A DNA stretch of 64,000 bases, taken from NCBI RefSeq assembly GCF_000142905.1, contig NW_013657646.1:62001-126000 (forward strand), in the 5' to 3' direction. Numbering within the stretch: the first letter of the stretch is position 1; each line of letters begins with the position of its first letter. This DNA is from Thecamonas trahens ATCC 50062 (taxonomy: Eukaryota > Protista > Apusomonadida). Under the pieces are notes generated by a model, which was not told where the DNA came from, made no database searches, and was given only the letters and a program-made list of their open reading frames with translations. This document shows, piece by piece, positions 33,465 to 44,305 of this stretch. The position numbers and the translations under genes were made by a program.

Positions 33465-35063
33465 TTACCTTGTTGCCGAGTCAAGCAGGCACGCCGCCGC
33501 GTCGAGCATGGCCTTGAGCGGCGCCGCGTAGTTGTCAGACGTGATGGCCTTGGACGCGCGGATCATGTCGCCGGCGTGGGCAGACAAGATCTTTTTCTCC
33601 TCCTCCGAGAACCGCGAGCTCGGCGCGTCCTGCAGCGCCTTGACCGCCATCAGCATCTTCTTCAGCTGCGGGACGAGCTGCTCTGACGCCGGCAGGGCGC
33701 CAGCCGCAACCTTTGACGCCAGCCATGCATGACCCTCGCGGATGTCGGCCACGTAGTCGCCGCCGGGCTTGGGCGCCGCTGGCGCCTTCCGTCGCGGCTT
33801 GGCAACCCGCCCCCCCTCAGGTGCCGACTCGCCCCGGGCCGGCGGCTTGCCCGGCTGCTTGGCCGTCGGCGGCGGCGGACGCGGCTTGCTTGGCCGTGGC
33901 GCGACGTGCGGCTTTCCCGGTCGTGGCTTGGTTGTCGGCGGCTTGCGTCGCATCGGCGACGCATCGCCGGGCTTGGTCGGCAGCCGGGGCGGCTTGCCCG
34001 TCTTTGGCGATGACTCTGGCGACGGCAGCGGCTTGGCCGGCAGCCGCGGCGGCTTGGCCGACTTGGGCGACGGGGCCGGAGACGGCAGTGGCTTGGACGG
34101 CAGCGGCTTGGCCCGCGACGACGGCGCCTCGTCAAACGGATTGAGCTCGGCAGGCAAGTTCGCGGTAGCCTCGCTACCGCCCGGAGTGTCAAACGGGTTG
34201 CCGGCACTGGCCGGCTGCGGTGGAAGCGGCGGGAGCGGCGACCGGCCCATGTCTGGAAAATCGGCCTCGCCGCCCGACGGCTGATGCGGCGTGTCTGGTT
34301 GGATCGTTGAGGCCGGTGACCGCGGCGGCACTGCCGGCGCTGGTTCCGCCGCCGTCGCCGGCGCCACGTCGGGCGTCAACTTCTTAAAGTCGGTCGGGCC
34401 CGAGATGACCGAGCCCGAGGTGGCGACGCCCTGGGTCTTGGCCACCGCCAGGGTCGACGGCGAGTTTGCAGTGGCGAGCGAGGACATCCACTGCCATTTG
34501 AACTCGGGACTCGCAGCTTGAAAGTAGATGGTCGGTGGCGGGACGTCTGCATCTGAGCAGAGCTTGAACATGACGTCGTCCTTGGACGATCCACCGAGAG
34601 CCTTGCGTTCGCGCAAGCCGATGTGATCGACATAGTAGCGGGCCAAGTCAAGCGAAGTAACCAGGCGCTCCTTGCCCATGGTTGCGTAGTAGTTGAGAGC
34701 GCCCGAGCCATACGAGCCACCAAGCTCCAGGACAAACCAGTACTCGGTAAAGGCAAACTGATTCTCATCCCGAACAGACAGCGGGCCCTCCATGAGGGTC
34801 CTGCGAGGCAGATCCCATTCCGGGGCGCAAGCGAGACCAGCCTTGACCAGTACCTGATCCAGAACCAAACCCATATGTATGGTATCAAGAGTACCTTGAG
34901 GAAGACCAAGATCAAGTTCAACACGACGAGCGAGTTCACGACGAGGTGGAGAGACATGAAGCGAGGTCTGTCCGTCACTGGCCAGAACGTTGGAAATGCT
35001 GCGACGGAGCAGGTACATGACCACATTCTCCGGGTTGTCGGGAATGCTGTTCTCCTCCGACAT
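33465..35063 (-). CDS. PH-domain protein with Pro-rich (SH3-binding-type) region and helical C-terminus
   Basis: LMEGPL...EYWFVL...LNYY...IYFQAASPEFKWQWMSSL; PPRLPxKP repeats; NPF motifs. Confidence 0.8.
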   Translation of the reverse strand: MSEENSIPDNPENVVMYLLRRSISNVLASDGQTSLHVSPPRRELARRVELDLGLPQGTLDTIHMGLVLDQVLVKAGLACAPEWDLPRRTLMEGPLSVRDENQFAFTEYWFVLELGGSYGSGALNYYATMGKERLVTSLDLARYYVDHIGLRERKALGGSSKDDVMFKLCSDADVPPPTIYFQAASPEFKWQWMSSLATANSPSTLAVAKTQGVATSGSVISGPTDFKKLTPDVAPATAAEPAPAVPPRSPASTIQPDTPHQPSGGEADFPDMGRSPLPPLPPQPASAGNPFDTPGGSEATANLPAELNPFDEAPSSRAKPLPSKPLPSPAPSPKSAKPPRLPAKPLPSPESSPKTGKPPRLPTKPGDASPMRRKPPTTKPRPGKPHVAPRPSKPRPPPPTAKQPGKPPARGESAPEGGRVAKPRRKAPAAPKPGGDYVADIREGHAWLASKVAAGALPASEQLVPQLKKMLMAVKALQDAPSSRFSEEEKKILSAHAGDMIRASKAITSDNYAAPLKAMLDAAACLLDSATR

Positions 35064-35895
35064 ATCTTGCTTCCTTGGCTTCTGTCTTGCTCCTTCCGCT
35101 CTCTTGCTTCCAACTCGGTCCTTCACAATAGTAAAATGCCTTCCTTCCCCTTGGCTACCTCAACAAAGCTTCCCGACTGCTCCCACCTACTTCCTCCCAA
35201 GCTGCCGCTCCGAGCGAGAGACACGTGGTTGCTCCCGCTCGCACCGTTCGAATTTCGTTGCTCAAAAAGCCTTTCATTCCAGCCGACCGCGAAAAAAAAA
35301 ATAATGGTCGTTGCCTCGTTTCGGGTTGGTTGGCCACCCTCCGCTCATTTGGTTCCTATATTTTTTCTCGTCGCACATGCAGCTCAGGCTTGGTGGACTG
35401 ACGTTCAGAAGTGTTTATGGGTGCGGTAGTCATGGGAGGGATATGTGTGTGAAGGGTATAAATAAAGGATGTAGCGCAGCTGGTTGGTGTGGGATGCGGT
35501 GCTATAGGGAGGCGAGGAGGAGGGAGTGCATAGGCGGGGCATTGGCTTGCCGAGGGAAAATTTAGCCGCTACCGTCGCGAGGGTGTTCGGCAACAACGAG
35601 CTCACCAGGGCGAATAGCGGTAGGCAGTTAAATCCGCAAGTCTTGCGCGTCTTTGCTAGGGTGTTGCCACTCCCTAAAGTGCTCTCATCTCTTTGTTGTG
35701 CTTATCATACAGACGTGACAGAAAGAAGACCCTGTTCGGCGTTTCTCAAACTACCTTTCAATTTTTCCCCCGCCCCCTCCCCTGCCATTGTCCCACGCCC
35801 GGGTTGTGGGCGGGATGAGTCGAGCTCTCCCAAATCGAGCTCGACTCACGCCCCTGCTGCGAGAGACGGCAGCACCACTCACCGTCGTCCTTGGC

Positions 35896-38034
35896 ATGCA
35901 GGTCGACTACCTTGTACTTGGTGGAACAGTGGTGGACGGGCTCGGTGGGGAGCCTGTGGTGGCTGACGTGGCCATTGCTCGCGGGCGGGTCGTCGGCGTC
36001 GGACCGGCGCTCTCCACAGCGTACACTGTCGCCGATCCGTCCACCGATCTCATCGATGCATCGGGTCTGCTTGTCCTCCCTGGCCTCATTGACACCCACG
36101 CCCACGACGACTCGGTCCTCCTCCACCCGCATCCGCCAGCTCCTCGTGCCGCAGCTGCGCCTGTCCCTAGTCCAGCGGCCGATGATGGCGGCATCGATGC
36201 ACATCATCCTCTGCTCCCAAAGGTGGCTCAGGGCGTGACGACGGTCATCATCGGCAACTGTGGCATCTCGCTAGCTCCGCTCAACGCAGCAGCGTCGTGC
36301 ACATGTGGTGCTGCGGATGGCGAGGTGTACAGCTGCACCTGCTCGCCGCTGCCGTCGCCGATGTACATCCTCGGCCCGCGAGCACGCTACTCGTTCGACT
36401 CGATGGATGCGTACATTGCTGCGCTAGACGCTGCCGAGCTACCAGTCAACGTCGGAGTGTTGGTGGGTCACGCTTCGCTCCGTGCCCGCGCCATGGGCGA
36501 AGACGCGCTGGTCACCCGACCCGCCAACGCTGATGAGATGGCGGCTATGCAGAGCAGCCTAGCTGAAATGGGCGCAGCGGGCCAGGTCCTCGGCCTCTCC
36601 ACCGGTTTGTACTACGCCATCGGTGCACCGGCACCGACCGAAGAAGTGGTGGCGCTTGCTGCGACCCTGGCCAATGCCTCGAATGGGGCTGCGGTCTACA
36701 CCACACACCTCCGCGACGAGACGTCGGGCGTCGAGACTGCGCTCGACGAGGCCATTGCCATTGCCGATGCGGCCGGTGCCCACCTCGTTGTGTCGCACGT
36801 CAAAGCTGCAGGCTCGGACAACTGGGGCAAAGGACCGGCACTGGTGGAGAAGCTGACCAACGCAGCAGCGGCAGCGCAAGCTGCCGGGCGCAACGTTGCC
36901 TTTGACGTCTACCCCTACACCGCGAGCTCAACTCATCTCTCGGCACCGCACATCCGGCGGTCATCGTCGTCACTTTTGGCCTGGTCGGCGGTCGCACCGC
37001 ACTTGGCTGGCGCTGAGATCCTCGATGCGGCGGCGCAGCTTGGTCCCGAAGGAGCGCCGCCGCCGACGCCCGAGCAGGCAGTCGCTGCGCTCGAGCCCGG
37101 CGGTGGCATCTACTTTCAGATCGACGACGGTGACCTGGAGACGCTCCTGGCGTGTCCGCTGGCCATGGTCGGCTCGGACGGACTGCCTCTCGACTCGCGG
37201 CCGCATCCGCGGCTGTACGGCACCTTTACGAGGGTGCTCGCCAAGTACGCGGCGGCCGACGACGGGCTGCTCCCGCTGGCCGAGGCAGTCCGGCGGATGA
37301 CCTCGCTACCGGCACAGACCTTCGGCCTCGTCGACCGCGGCTCGCTTACAGTCGGCGCGTTTGCCGACCTCGTCGTTGTTGACCGTACAGCGCTTACTGA
37401 GAGGGCGACGTATGAGGAGCCACGGGCGACGCCAGCAGGCGTGCACTACGTCTTTGTCAACGGCGAGCCGGTGGTGCGCGCAGGCGGTGCGCCGCCCGCG
37501 CGCATCTTGGCCCATCCGGGCATGGTCCTCAAGCGACCGGCAGCGGTCCATGTGGCACGGATGAAGGAGGCACTGCGGGTGGCGGCCGAGGCGCCGCTCG
37601 TGAGCGAGACGCCGGTCGGCGCGGCATGGTTCGACGACCGTACCGGCGCGTTGGTCGCCACCGGGCACAACCGGACGGTGGCGTCGCGCAATGCGACTCT
37701 TCACGCCGAACTTGTGGCTCTCGGCGAGCTCGAGGCCGAGCTTGGATCGGCCGAGGCACTTGCGGCGCTAGCGCCGCACCTGCACCTTTACGTCACGCTC
37801 GAGCCGTGCGGCATGTGCTTCTCGGCGCTGCGCGAGCTCGGCGTAGGCGCCATCCACTACGGCGCAGCCAACCCGCGGTTCGGCGGCGGGACGGTGCTCA
37901 ACCTCAACGCCGAAGCCGCCGCCATTCCCTGCGTCGGCGGCGTCTGCCGCGACGACGCTGTCGAGCTTCTCAAGTCGTTTTACGCGACCCAGAACCCCGC
38001 GACGGCCGGCATTCACGAGACGACACAGGCATAG
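35896..38034 (+). CDS. Fusion of N-acyl-D-amino-acid deacylase (amidohydrolase) and ADAT2/Tad2-like tRNA adenosine deaminase
   Basis: PGLIDTHAHDD, GNCG, HLRDE, SHVK, GSDG, PHPRLYGTF, then RNATLHAE, VTLEPCGMC, YGAANPRFGG, LLKSFYATQNP in one stop-free frame. Confidence 0.9.
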   Translation: MQVDYLVLGGTVVDGLGGEPVVADVAIARGRVVGVGPALSTAYTVADPSTDLIDASGLLVLPGLIDTHAHDDSVLLHPHPPAPRAAAAPVPSPAADDGGIDAHHPLLPKVAQGVTTVIIGNCGISLAPLNAAASCTCGAADGEVYSCTCSPLPSPMYILGPRARYSFDSMDAYIAALDAAELPVNVGVLVGHASLRARAMGEDALVTRPANADEMAAMQSSLAEMGAAGQVLGLSTGLYYAIGAPAPTEEVVALAATLANASNGAAVYTTHLRDETSGVETALDEAIAIADAAGAHLVVSHVKAAGSDNWGKGPALVEKLTNAAAAAQAAGRNVAFDVYPYTASSTHLSAPHIRRSSSSLLAWSAVAPHLAGAEILDAAAQLGPEGAPPPTPEQAVAALEPGGGIYFQIDDGDLETLLACPLAMVGSDGLPLDSRPHPRLYGTFTRVLAKYAAADDGLLPLAEAVRRMTSLPAQTFGLVDRGSLTVGAFADLVVVDRTALTERATYEEPRATPAGVHYVFVNGEPVVRAGGAPPARILAHPGMVLKRPAAVHVARMKEALRVAAEAPLVSETPVGAAWFDDRTGALVATGHNRTVASRNATLHAELVALGELEAELGSAEALAALAPHLHLYVTLEPCGMCFSALRELGVGAIHYGAANPRFGGGTVLNLNAEAAAIPCVGGVCRDDAVELLKSFYATQNPATAGIHETTQA

Positions 38035-40004
38035 CCAACGTCGGCATAGTCCGCCCCGTCATCGTCATCATCATCGTCATCACTTCCGCCGGCGGTGTTG
38101 AGACCGTTGTCGCCGGCAGCACTGCTGCCCACGGGGGAGGTGTCGGCGGCGGGGATGGCGAGAAGCGACTCGGCTGACAGTGCGAGGGTGATCTCGTCGC
38201 GGACCGAGGCGAGTGTTGCGTGGTCCTTGAACACCATGCGGCAGGCAAAGCCGGTGCCGAGTGGCCCAGCGTCGAGGGTGTCTGTCCACGACGCGACCGG
38301 CTCATCCGGGACGGAGACGCCGGCGAGGACGGCCGAGGCGGTGCGGGAGCGGCGGCGGGCGGAGCGGTCGCCGGCAAGGGCCGGGCTGACGACGTCGTAG
38401 TGGGCGTGGGTGGTAAAGACGTCAAGCACGTAGAGCTTAGCTGCAGCAGCAGATGCGTCTGACGACGAGGCAGCCGGAGGCTCGGCTTCGCCATCGGCGA
38501 CAATCTCCGAGGCGTCGGCGTCGCCGTCGACGCCCAGCAAGCGGCGGGTATCGACGACGCGGACCGAGCGCAGCGGAAGGCGGCGCGGGCCGCGGGCAAA
38601 CACCGCGTGGGCCTTGTACCGCTCGACCTTTTTGAGGCGCTTGGTAGTGTGCTTGGTGACCACCAGCATGTCGTCGAGGACGTACAGCTTGCGGTCCGGC
38701 TTGGAGATGGACGAGTCGAGCCACGGCGGCGAGACGACAAAGATGTTGCGGAGGACGGAGCGAAAGGCATCGGTCCAGGCCTGAGCGTCAGACGGCGAGT
38801 TGGCGACAAGTGTGAGGCCGCGGGAGAGGGTGGCGAGGTGCAGGGTGTTGGCGGCCGGGAGTGAGAGGGCGACGACGTCTGTGAGGACAACGACACCTTC
38901 GGCAGGTGCGGTCGCGGTCTCGGCCTCGGACTTCCAGAAGACCAGCTGGCCGTTGGCGTGAAGCCGGAACCAGCGCTCGTTGTAGGTACGTGCGCTAGGA
39001 GTCGTGGCCATGCCGAGCATGCCCTCAAGGACGACAGCACGGCCGGCGGCGAGGGACTTTGACGACCTCGTGTCGCGGCGGCGGGCGATCTCGGCCGAAC
39101 GGACGGCGTCCCAGGTGGCCAGTGCACCCGGAGCCACCGGCGGCGGCGGAATGTGGACCACCACGGCGACATCGTCGACGGTCAGTCGCGCCCGATGGGT
39201 TGACGCACTCAGCGACGCGGCAAGATTGGGCGGGAGGTCGACAAAGGTGGCCGCCAGCTGCGCAAACTTCTCGCGCGCATCTTGTATGTGGCGGGCTTCG
39301 TTGAGCGAGGCGGCAAAAGCCTCGACGGCGGCGTTGGCAGCCGCAAGTGGGCGGGCGTCAGCGTGGCTGGCGGGCGTCCGCTTGACCAGGTCCTTGAGCA
39401 GAAGCAGATACCGTGGAATGCGCTGGATGGGGGTAAGGAGGAGGGCCGACAAGTCGTAGGCCATGGCGTTGATCATGGGCGCATCGGACCCAGCAGCAGC
39501 AGTGAGAGCTGCAACTTCGTCGGCGACAGCGGCCTTGACAAAGGCCTTGAACTTGGACCCTGTCTTCTTTGCGGCCATGAGATGCTTCAACCGGGCCTGA
39601 GCCGCTTCGTTGCGCGTGATGACACGAGTGTACGGGGCGAGCATGGGATTGAGAAAGCGAGGCGAGAAGATGGGCCCCAGTTTTGTGCGATCCGAGAAGC
39701 GAGTAAGGCGAGATTTGAGATGAGAGCGAAGACTTGCATGCAGGGCGATGAGATCCTCCACATCATCAAAGAACAGATCAACATCATCCATAGTCATGCC
39801 CAGCTCTGCCAGGGCCTTCTTCTCCAAGCCACGAAACGGTTTGCCAAAGACTCTCAACATAGTCTCCAACCCCTTAATATACGTCTCTTCCGTCGCCAGC
39901 ATCTCCACAGCAATCTGTTCCCGTGCCGCCGTCGACGGGCAATCACGAGTTGAGCTCGGAGGCGGCGGAGGGCGCTCTTCCCCGGACGACGACGAGTTTC
40001 CCAT
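38013..40004 (-). CDS. Dbl-family RhoGEF (DH plus PH domains)
   Basis: EMLATEETYIKGL and LLTPIQRIPRYLLLLKDL followed by PH domains. Starts MGNSSS and ends CVVS. Confidence 0.9.
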   Translation of the reverse strand: MGNSSSSGEERPPPPPSSTRDCPSTAAREQIAVEMLATEETYIKGLETMLRVFGKPFRGLEKKALAELGMTMDDVDLFFDDVEDLIALHASLRSHLKSRLTRFSDRTKLGPIFSPRFLNPMLAPYTRVITRNEAAQARLKHLMAAKKTGSKFKAFVKAAVADEVAALTAAAGSDAPMINAMAYDLSALLLTPIQRIPRYLLLLKDLVKRTPASHADARPLAAANAAVEAFAASLNEARHIQDAREKFAQLAATFVDLPPNLAASLSASTHRARLTVDDVAVVVHIPPPPVAPGALATWDAVRSAEIARRRDTRSSKSLAAGRAVVLEGMLGMATTPSARTYNERWFRLHANGQLVFWKSEAETATAPAEGVVVLTDVVALSLPAANTLHLATLSRGLTLVANSPSDAQAWTDAFRSVLRNIFVVSPPWLDSSISKPDRKLYVLDDMLVVTKHTTKRLKKVERYKAHAVFARGPRRLPLRSVRVVDTRRLLGVDGDADASEIVADGEAEPPAASSSDASAAAAKLYVLDVFTTHAHYDVVSPALAGDRSARRRSRTASAVLAGVSVPDEPVASWTDTLDAGPLGTGFACRMVFKDHATLASVRDEITLALSAESLLAIPAADTSPVGSSAAGDNGLNTAGGSDDDDDDDDGADYADVGYACVVS

Positions 40005-40365
40005 GGCCAGAGGTAGACGGCGAGCGAAGTGGTGAACAAGGTGAGTGAATGAGTGCGCGCGTGTGTGTGTGGGGAGATGGAGTGTATGGGTGTGTGTGGG
40101 AGAGGTGGTATGTGTGTGAGTGTGTGTATGTGTTGTGGGGGTTGGGGGGGAGAAGGTGGTGCCTGTTGCGTCTGTCAATGTCATGATTTTGACGGGCGGA
40201 GAGCAGAGGGCGACATTCCTCAGGATCGCTTTTTCTTATGCCGACGGGAGGTCATCCTCCCCTGGCAGCATCGGGATGCACTCTGCTCGCGGTTTGCGGC
40301 ACGTGTGGTGCATGTTACTTATCATTGCTGTGTGGTGGCTCTGGCGGGGGCGCACCTCCATTGAT

Positions 40366-41718
40366 CTACTTGCGCGGGTAGAGGGACTTGAAGGCGACAA
40401 AGCCGGCGGCAACGATGGCGGCGACAGTGGCGGCAGTGGCGACGAGGCAGAGCTCCGATGAGAGCCAGCCGGCAGAGGCCGCGGCCTCGGGCGTGATCGG
40501 GCCACCGATCTGTGGGCGGAGTGGGAAGGGGAGGATGAGTAGGGGGCGGGCCGTAGGGGGGAGGGTAGCACAGCGGGTAGCGATCCGTTTATGGAGGGAG
40601 CCATGTCGCCGCCAACGGAACGCACCGTGGATGTACGCGGAGAGAGCAGCCGTCGGAAGGAAGGCAGACCGGCTGCAATGGGCAGAGGCGTCCAAGCAAA
40701 CAAGAGGACAACGTTTGCGCGAGGCCAGCCGTGGACATAGACCGCGCAGCACGGCGCGAGTACACCTGCATAGCAGTGACAAGGCAGGCATGCAAAGGCA
40801 TTGCGCAGACGAGTCCAAGGCGAGTACGCCGCAATCCAGAGCAGGCGATGCAGCTTCGAACAACCGACGCAGGGGAGAGCAGGGGGGGGGAGGAAGGAGA
40901 ACAGGGGCAGGGGAATAGAGGACAGGGTGTAGAACGAGGATACAGCCATCTTCCGAAGCTTAGAGGATGGTGCACCACGAGTCACCAGCACCCGCACCAC
41001 CAGCCGGCCGCTCACGCACCTCTGCGGGGTCGACGTCACCAACGAGGTAGTCCTTGAGCATGGCCACAGCCTCAGACGAGTGACCGACATCCTCAAAGCC
41101 ATCGGTACCATCCTCACCTATATACACGATACATGTAGTAATGTGAGTGTGAATCATCAACTATCATGCCCACCATACTATTGGTTGAGTGAGGCTGGGC
41201 GGCAGGCAGGCATGTGCCAACGAGTACGTAGCCAACCAAGGACATTGGACACGTCACACACCATTCCTTCGCACCCTCTCCGTTCCCCTCCCCCCACCCA
41301 CCCCCCTGTCCCCACCCACCCCCCGCAGGGTTGGCAAGGACGACAGCCATGACTGACAACAACCCCAATCCACCAGAATATGAAACAAGGATTATTGTAT
41401 CACGTAGAGTGGTTGGATGGGCTTGTAGCATCTTGCTGTCTTCATACTAGCCGTGTGAAGGGGATGGGGGAGGTGGGGGGGGGAAGGCGCTCGCGGGCGA
41501 CGGGTCATCCCATCTTTGAAGGCAAGGGGGAAGGGGGGGGGGGGGGGGAGGGGGATGGGCAAGGGGTACGTACCAGCAACGTCAAGGAGGACCTCAGCAC
41601 CACCGGGGTGGTCGTCAATAAAGGCAGTCACATCGTAGACCTTGTTGTCGATCACAATCCAGCAATCCTCAGCCGTGTTGTGCTCGGCAACCTCAGCAAG
41701 CTCGAAAGTCTTCGACAT
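40366..41718 (-). CDS. CYB5: Cytochrome b5. Exons 41574-41718, 41020-41117, 40366-40509 (TM tail). Alternative stop at 40960 if intron 2 is retained.
   Basis: [23 protein letters not shown]. Phase-compatible GT-AG junctions. Confidence 0.92.
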
Positions 41719-42033
41719 GATGCTCAGTCGAGAAAGGAGTTGGGTGGCGGGCAAATGGTCGGGGTCGGCCGGAGGAATGGCTTGCCGCGGTGAGTCGGGC
41801 GATGGCCGACTTGGTCAGAGGTGCTGCGGGCAAGAGGAGAAACATCGACCAGTGGAACGCGGGCAAGTTGGTGAAGCGGCCGCGAGATCGAGCCGTACCG
41901 GTCTTGCTGTTGTGTCTGATTGGCGAGACGGATGGCTTGCGGCGTTGAGGCGGGCGATGGCTATCTCGGCCGATGCCGATGTAGACTCAACTGGAACAAA
42001 AGGACCCCCGGTGAAGGGGGCTCATACTCGTGC

Positions 42034-42246
42034 TGCCCGTTGCTGGATGGGCTGCCCGCTGGTGGATCGGTGACCCGTTGCTGGATGGGCTGCCCGCTGC
42101 TGGATGGGCTGCCCGTTGCTGGATGGACTGCCCGCTGGTGGATCGGTTGCCCGTTGCTGGATGGGCTGCCCGCTGCTGGATGGGCTGCCCGTTGCTGGAT
42201 CGGCTGCCCGCTCGTGGATGGGCTGCCTGCTGCTGGATCGGTTGCC
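42034..42246. repeat. 19-bp minisatellite, about 11 copies (TGCCCGYTGCTGGATGGGC)
   Basis: Tandem copies. Units 1-4 recur as units 5-8. Confidence 0.95.
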
Positions 42247-42332
42247 AGAGATTACACTCTCCCCGACCAAGTACTGGCGCGACGAGTTTGGCCGAACCGA
42301 GAGCCAAGCGTGAGCGACCACTGCTCGCCACC

Positions 42333-43913
42333 ATGGCCACACCAGAGACACGAAAGCTGTTCAAACAGCTGCAAGGCATCAACAACAACAACGTAAGTCT
42401 ACCCAGAGCCACAGCAGAACATGCTCTACCTGCACATCCTCTTTCCCCCCGAGTGCAGTTGGCCATATCGACAAAAGGGTGGATGTGCGTACCGGCGTGT
42501 GCCGCAGGTCACAGAAGGTCTACACCTCCCCCTCCCNNNNNNNNNNNNNNNNNNNNNNNNNNNNNNNNNNNNNNNNNNNNNNNNNNNNNNNNNNNNNNNN
42601 NNNNNNNNNNNNNNNNNNNNNNNNNNNNNNNNNNNNNNNNNNNNNNNNNNNNNNNNNNNNNNNNNNNNNNNNNNNNNNNNNNNNNNNNNNNNNNNNNNNN
42701 NNNNNNNNNNNNNNNNNNNNNNNNNNNNNNNNNNNNNNNNNNNNNNNNNNNNNNNNNNNNNNNNNNNNNNNNNNNNNNNNNNNNNNNNNNNNNNNNNNNN
42801 NNNNNNNNNNNNNNNNNNNNCATCACCGCCCGTAGAATGCGCTGCGACAGGTTCGCCAGACTCAGATCGGATGCTCGCGCCTGTCGACGCGCGTGGGGTG
42901 TCCAAGAGCAAGAGCAAGAGCAAGAGCAAGAGAGTGCTTGTGAGCACGCGCGCGCGCGTGTGTGTGTGTGTGCTCATGTACTGGAAGCGTGCGACGGCAT
43001 ATCACTCACCTGATGACCCGTTGATGTTGGTCGTTGATGTTGGTTGTTGATGTTGGCCGGGACAGAGTTCTGCGCATCGTTCCAGGGCATGGAGGGCGTG
43101 TCGCTCGAGGCCAAGTACGCATCGTGGGGCGCGTCGTTGTATCGTGACAAAATCCGGACACTTGCGGATGGCGCTGGCTCGTGGTCGCTGGCCGAGGCTC
43201 AGTTGCGGATTCCCGAGCCCGCACCGCTGCCATCGCCGTCGATGGGCTCGTCGCTCGACTCGCCGGCCGGCGAGGCTGCAGCCCGGCCGGCCATGCAGGG
43301 CTTTGGTTCGGACGGGCGCACACATAATCCCGACGAGGGCAACGGATCCGGTGGCTCGTTCTTCTCGTCGATCGCCTCGGGCTGGTCGTCGTTTGCCGCC
43401 AAGGCTACGGTGGCGGCCAAGTCGGCGTCCAAGGTCATTGCCGAAAAGTCGACTGTTGCCGCCACCAAGGTCAAGTCGTCGTCGCAAAAGGGATGGTCCT
43501 CGGTCCGGGCCTTTATCGATGCCCGCTCGCAGGGCGAGGGCGGCGAGCCGGGCGCGGCTAACCCCGAACTGTACGAGGTCGATCCGTCCGATCAGGGCGT
43601 TTCGGCCCCGGAGCCGTCGACTTCCTCCGCCCCGCCGACGGTTACCGAGGTCGAGATCGCTGAGCAGGATGCTCGGCTTGCTGCACTCGGCCTAGGCGGC
43701 CCGCCGCCGTCGTCAGAGCCGGCCTCCACTAGCGATCCCACCACAGACTTTTTCTCCAACCTTGCTGCAAGCCCTGCGCCTGCCGCAACGACGACGACAA
43801 CCACCACAACCACGGCGACAGCCTCCTCTTTGGGCTCTCCCACTGCCAACACCCCGACTGCTGTCGCTGTCGCCGACGATGGTGATGTTGACGACTGGAA
43901 TACAGCCTGGTGA
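42333..43913 (+). CDS. ARFGAP1: ARF GTPase-activating protein ArfGAP1/Gcs1. Exon 42333-42392, zinc-finger exon(s) presumably in the gap, last exon 43066-43913.
   Basis: MATPETRKLFKQLQGINNNN|GTAAGT; KYAS..ASLYRDKIRTLA; MQGFGS; ALPS-like FFSSIASGWSSF. Confidence 0.8.
42537..42820. other. Assembly gap (N run)
   Basis: Run of Ns. Confidence 1.
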
Positions 43914-44305
43914 TCCCCCTCTTTCCTCTTTGCCCACCCCCGCCTCCACACAAAACTCATCACCCACCATCATAGCAAGCAAGCAACAAGCAAGCAACAA
44001 ACCAGCTATTCCCTGCCCAAGTTGCTCATTCCTCCACCATTGCTTTGTCACTCAACTGCTGCCTGCCACTCTTTTAGTCAGTGCCGTCGTCGGTCTGGAC
44101 AGGTCGGGCGCCAAACCAGTGACCGCCAACCGACCAACTCCCCTGACCCTCCCCCTCCCCTCCTCCCCCCCCCCCTCAACACCACCACAGTCCGTACAAC
44201 ACCACACCCAACTACCTCCCTCCTCCCCAACCCCTCCACCCCACCCCCCTCCACCCCCTCCACCCCCACCTCCCACTACATTGACCAAATAGCTAGACCT
44301 ACACA

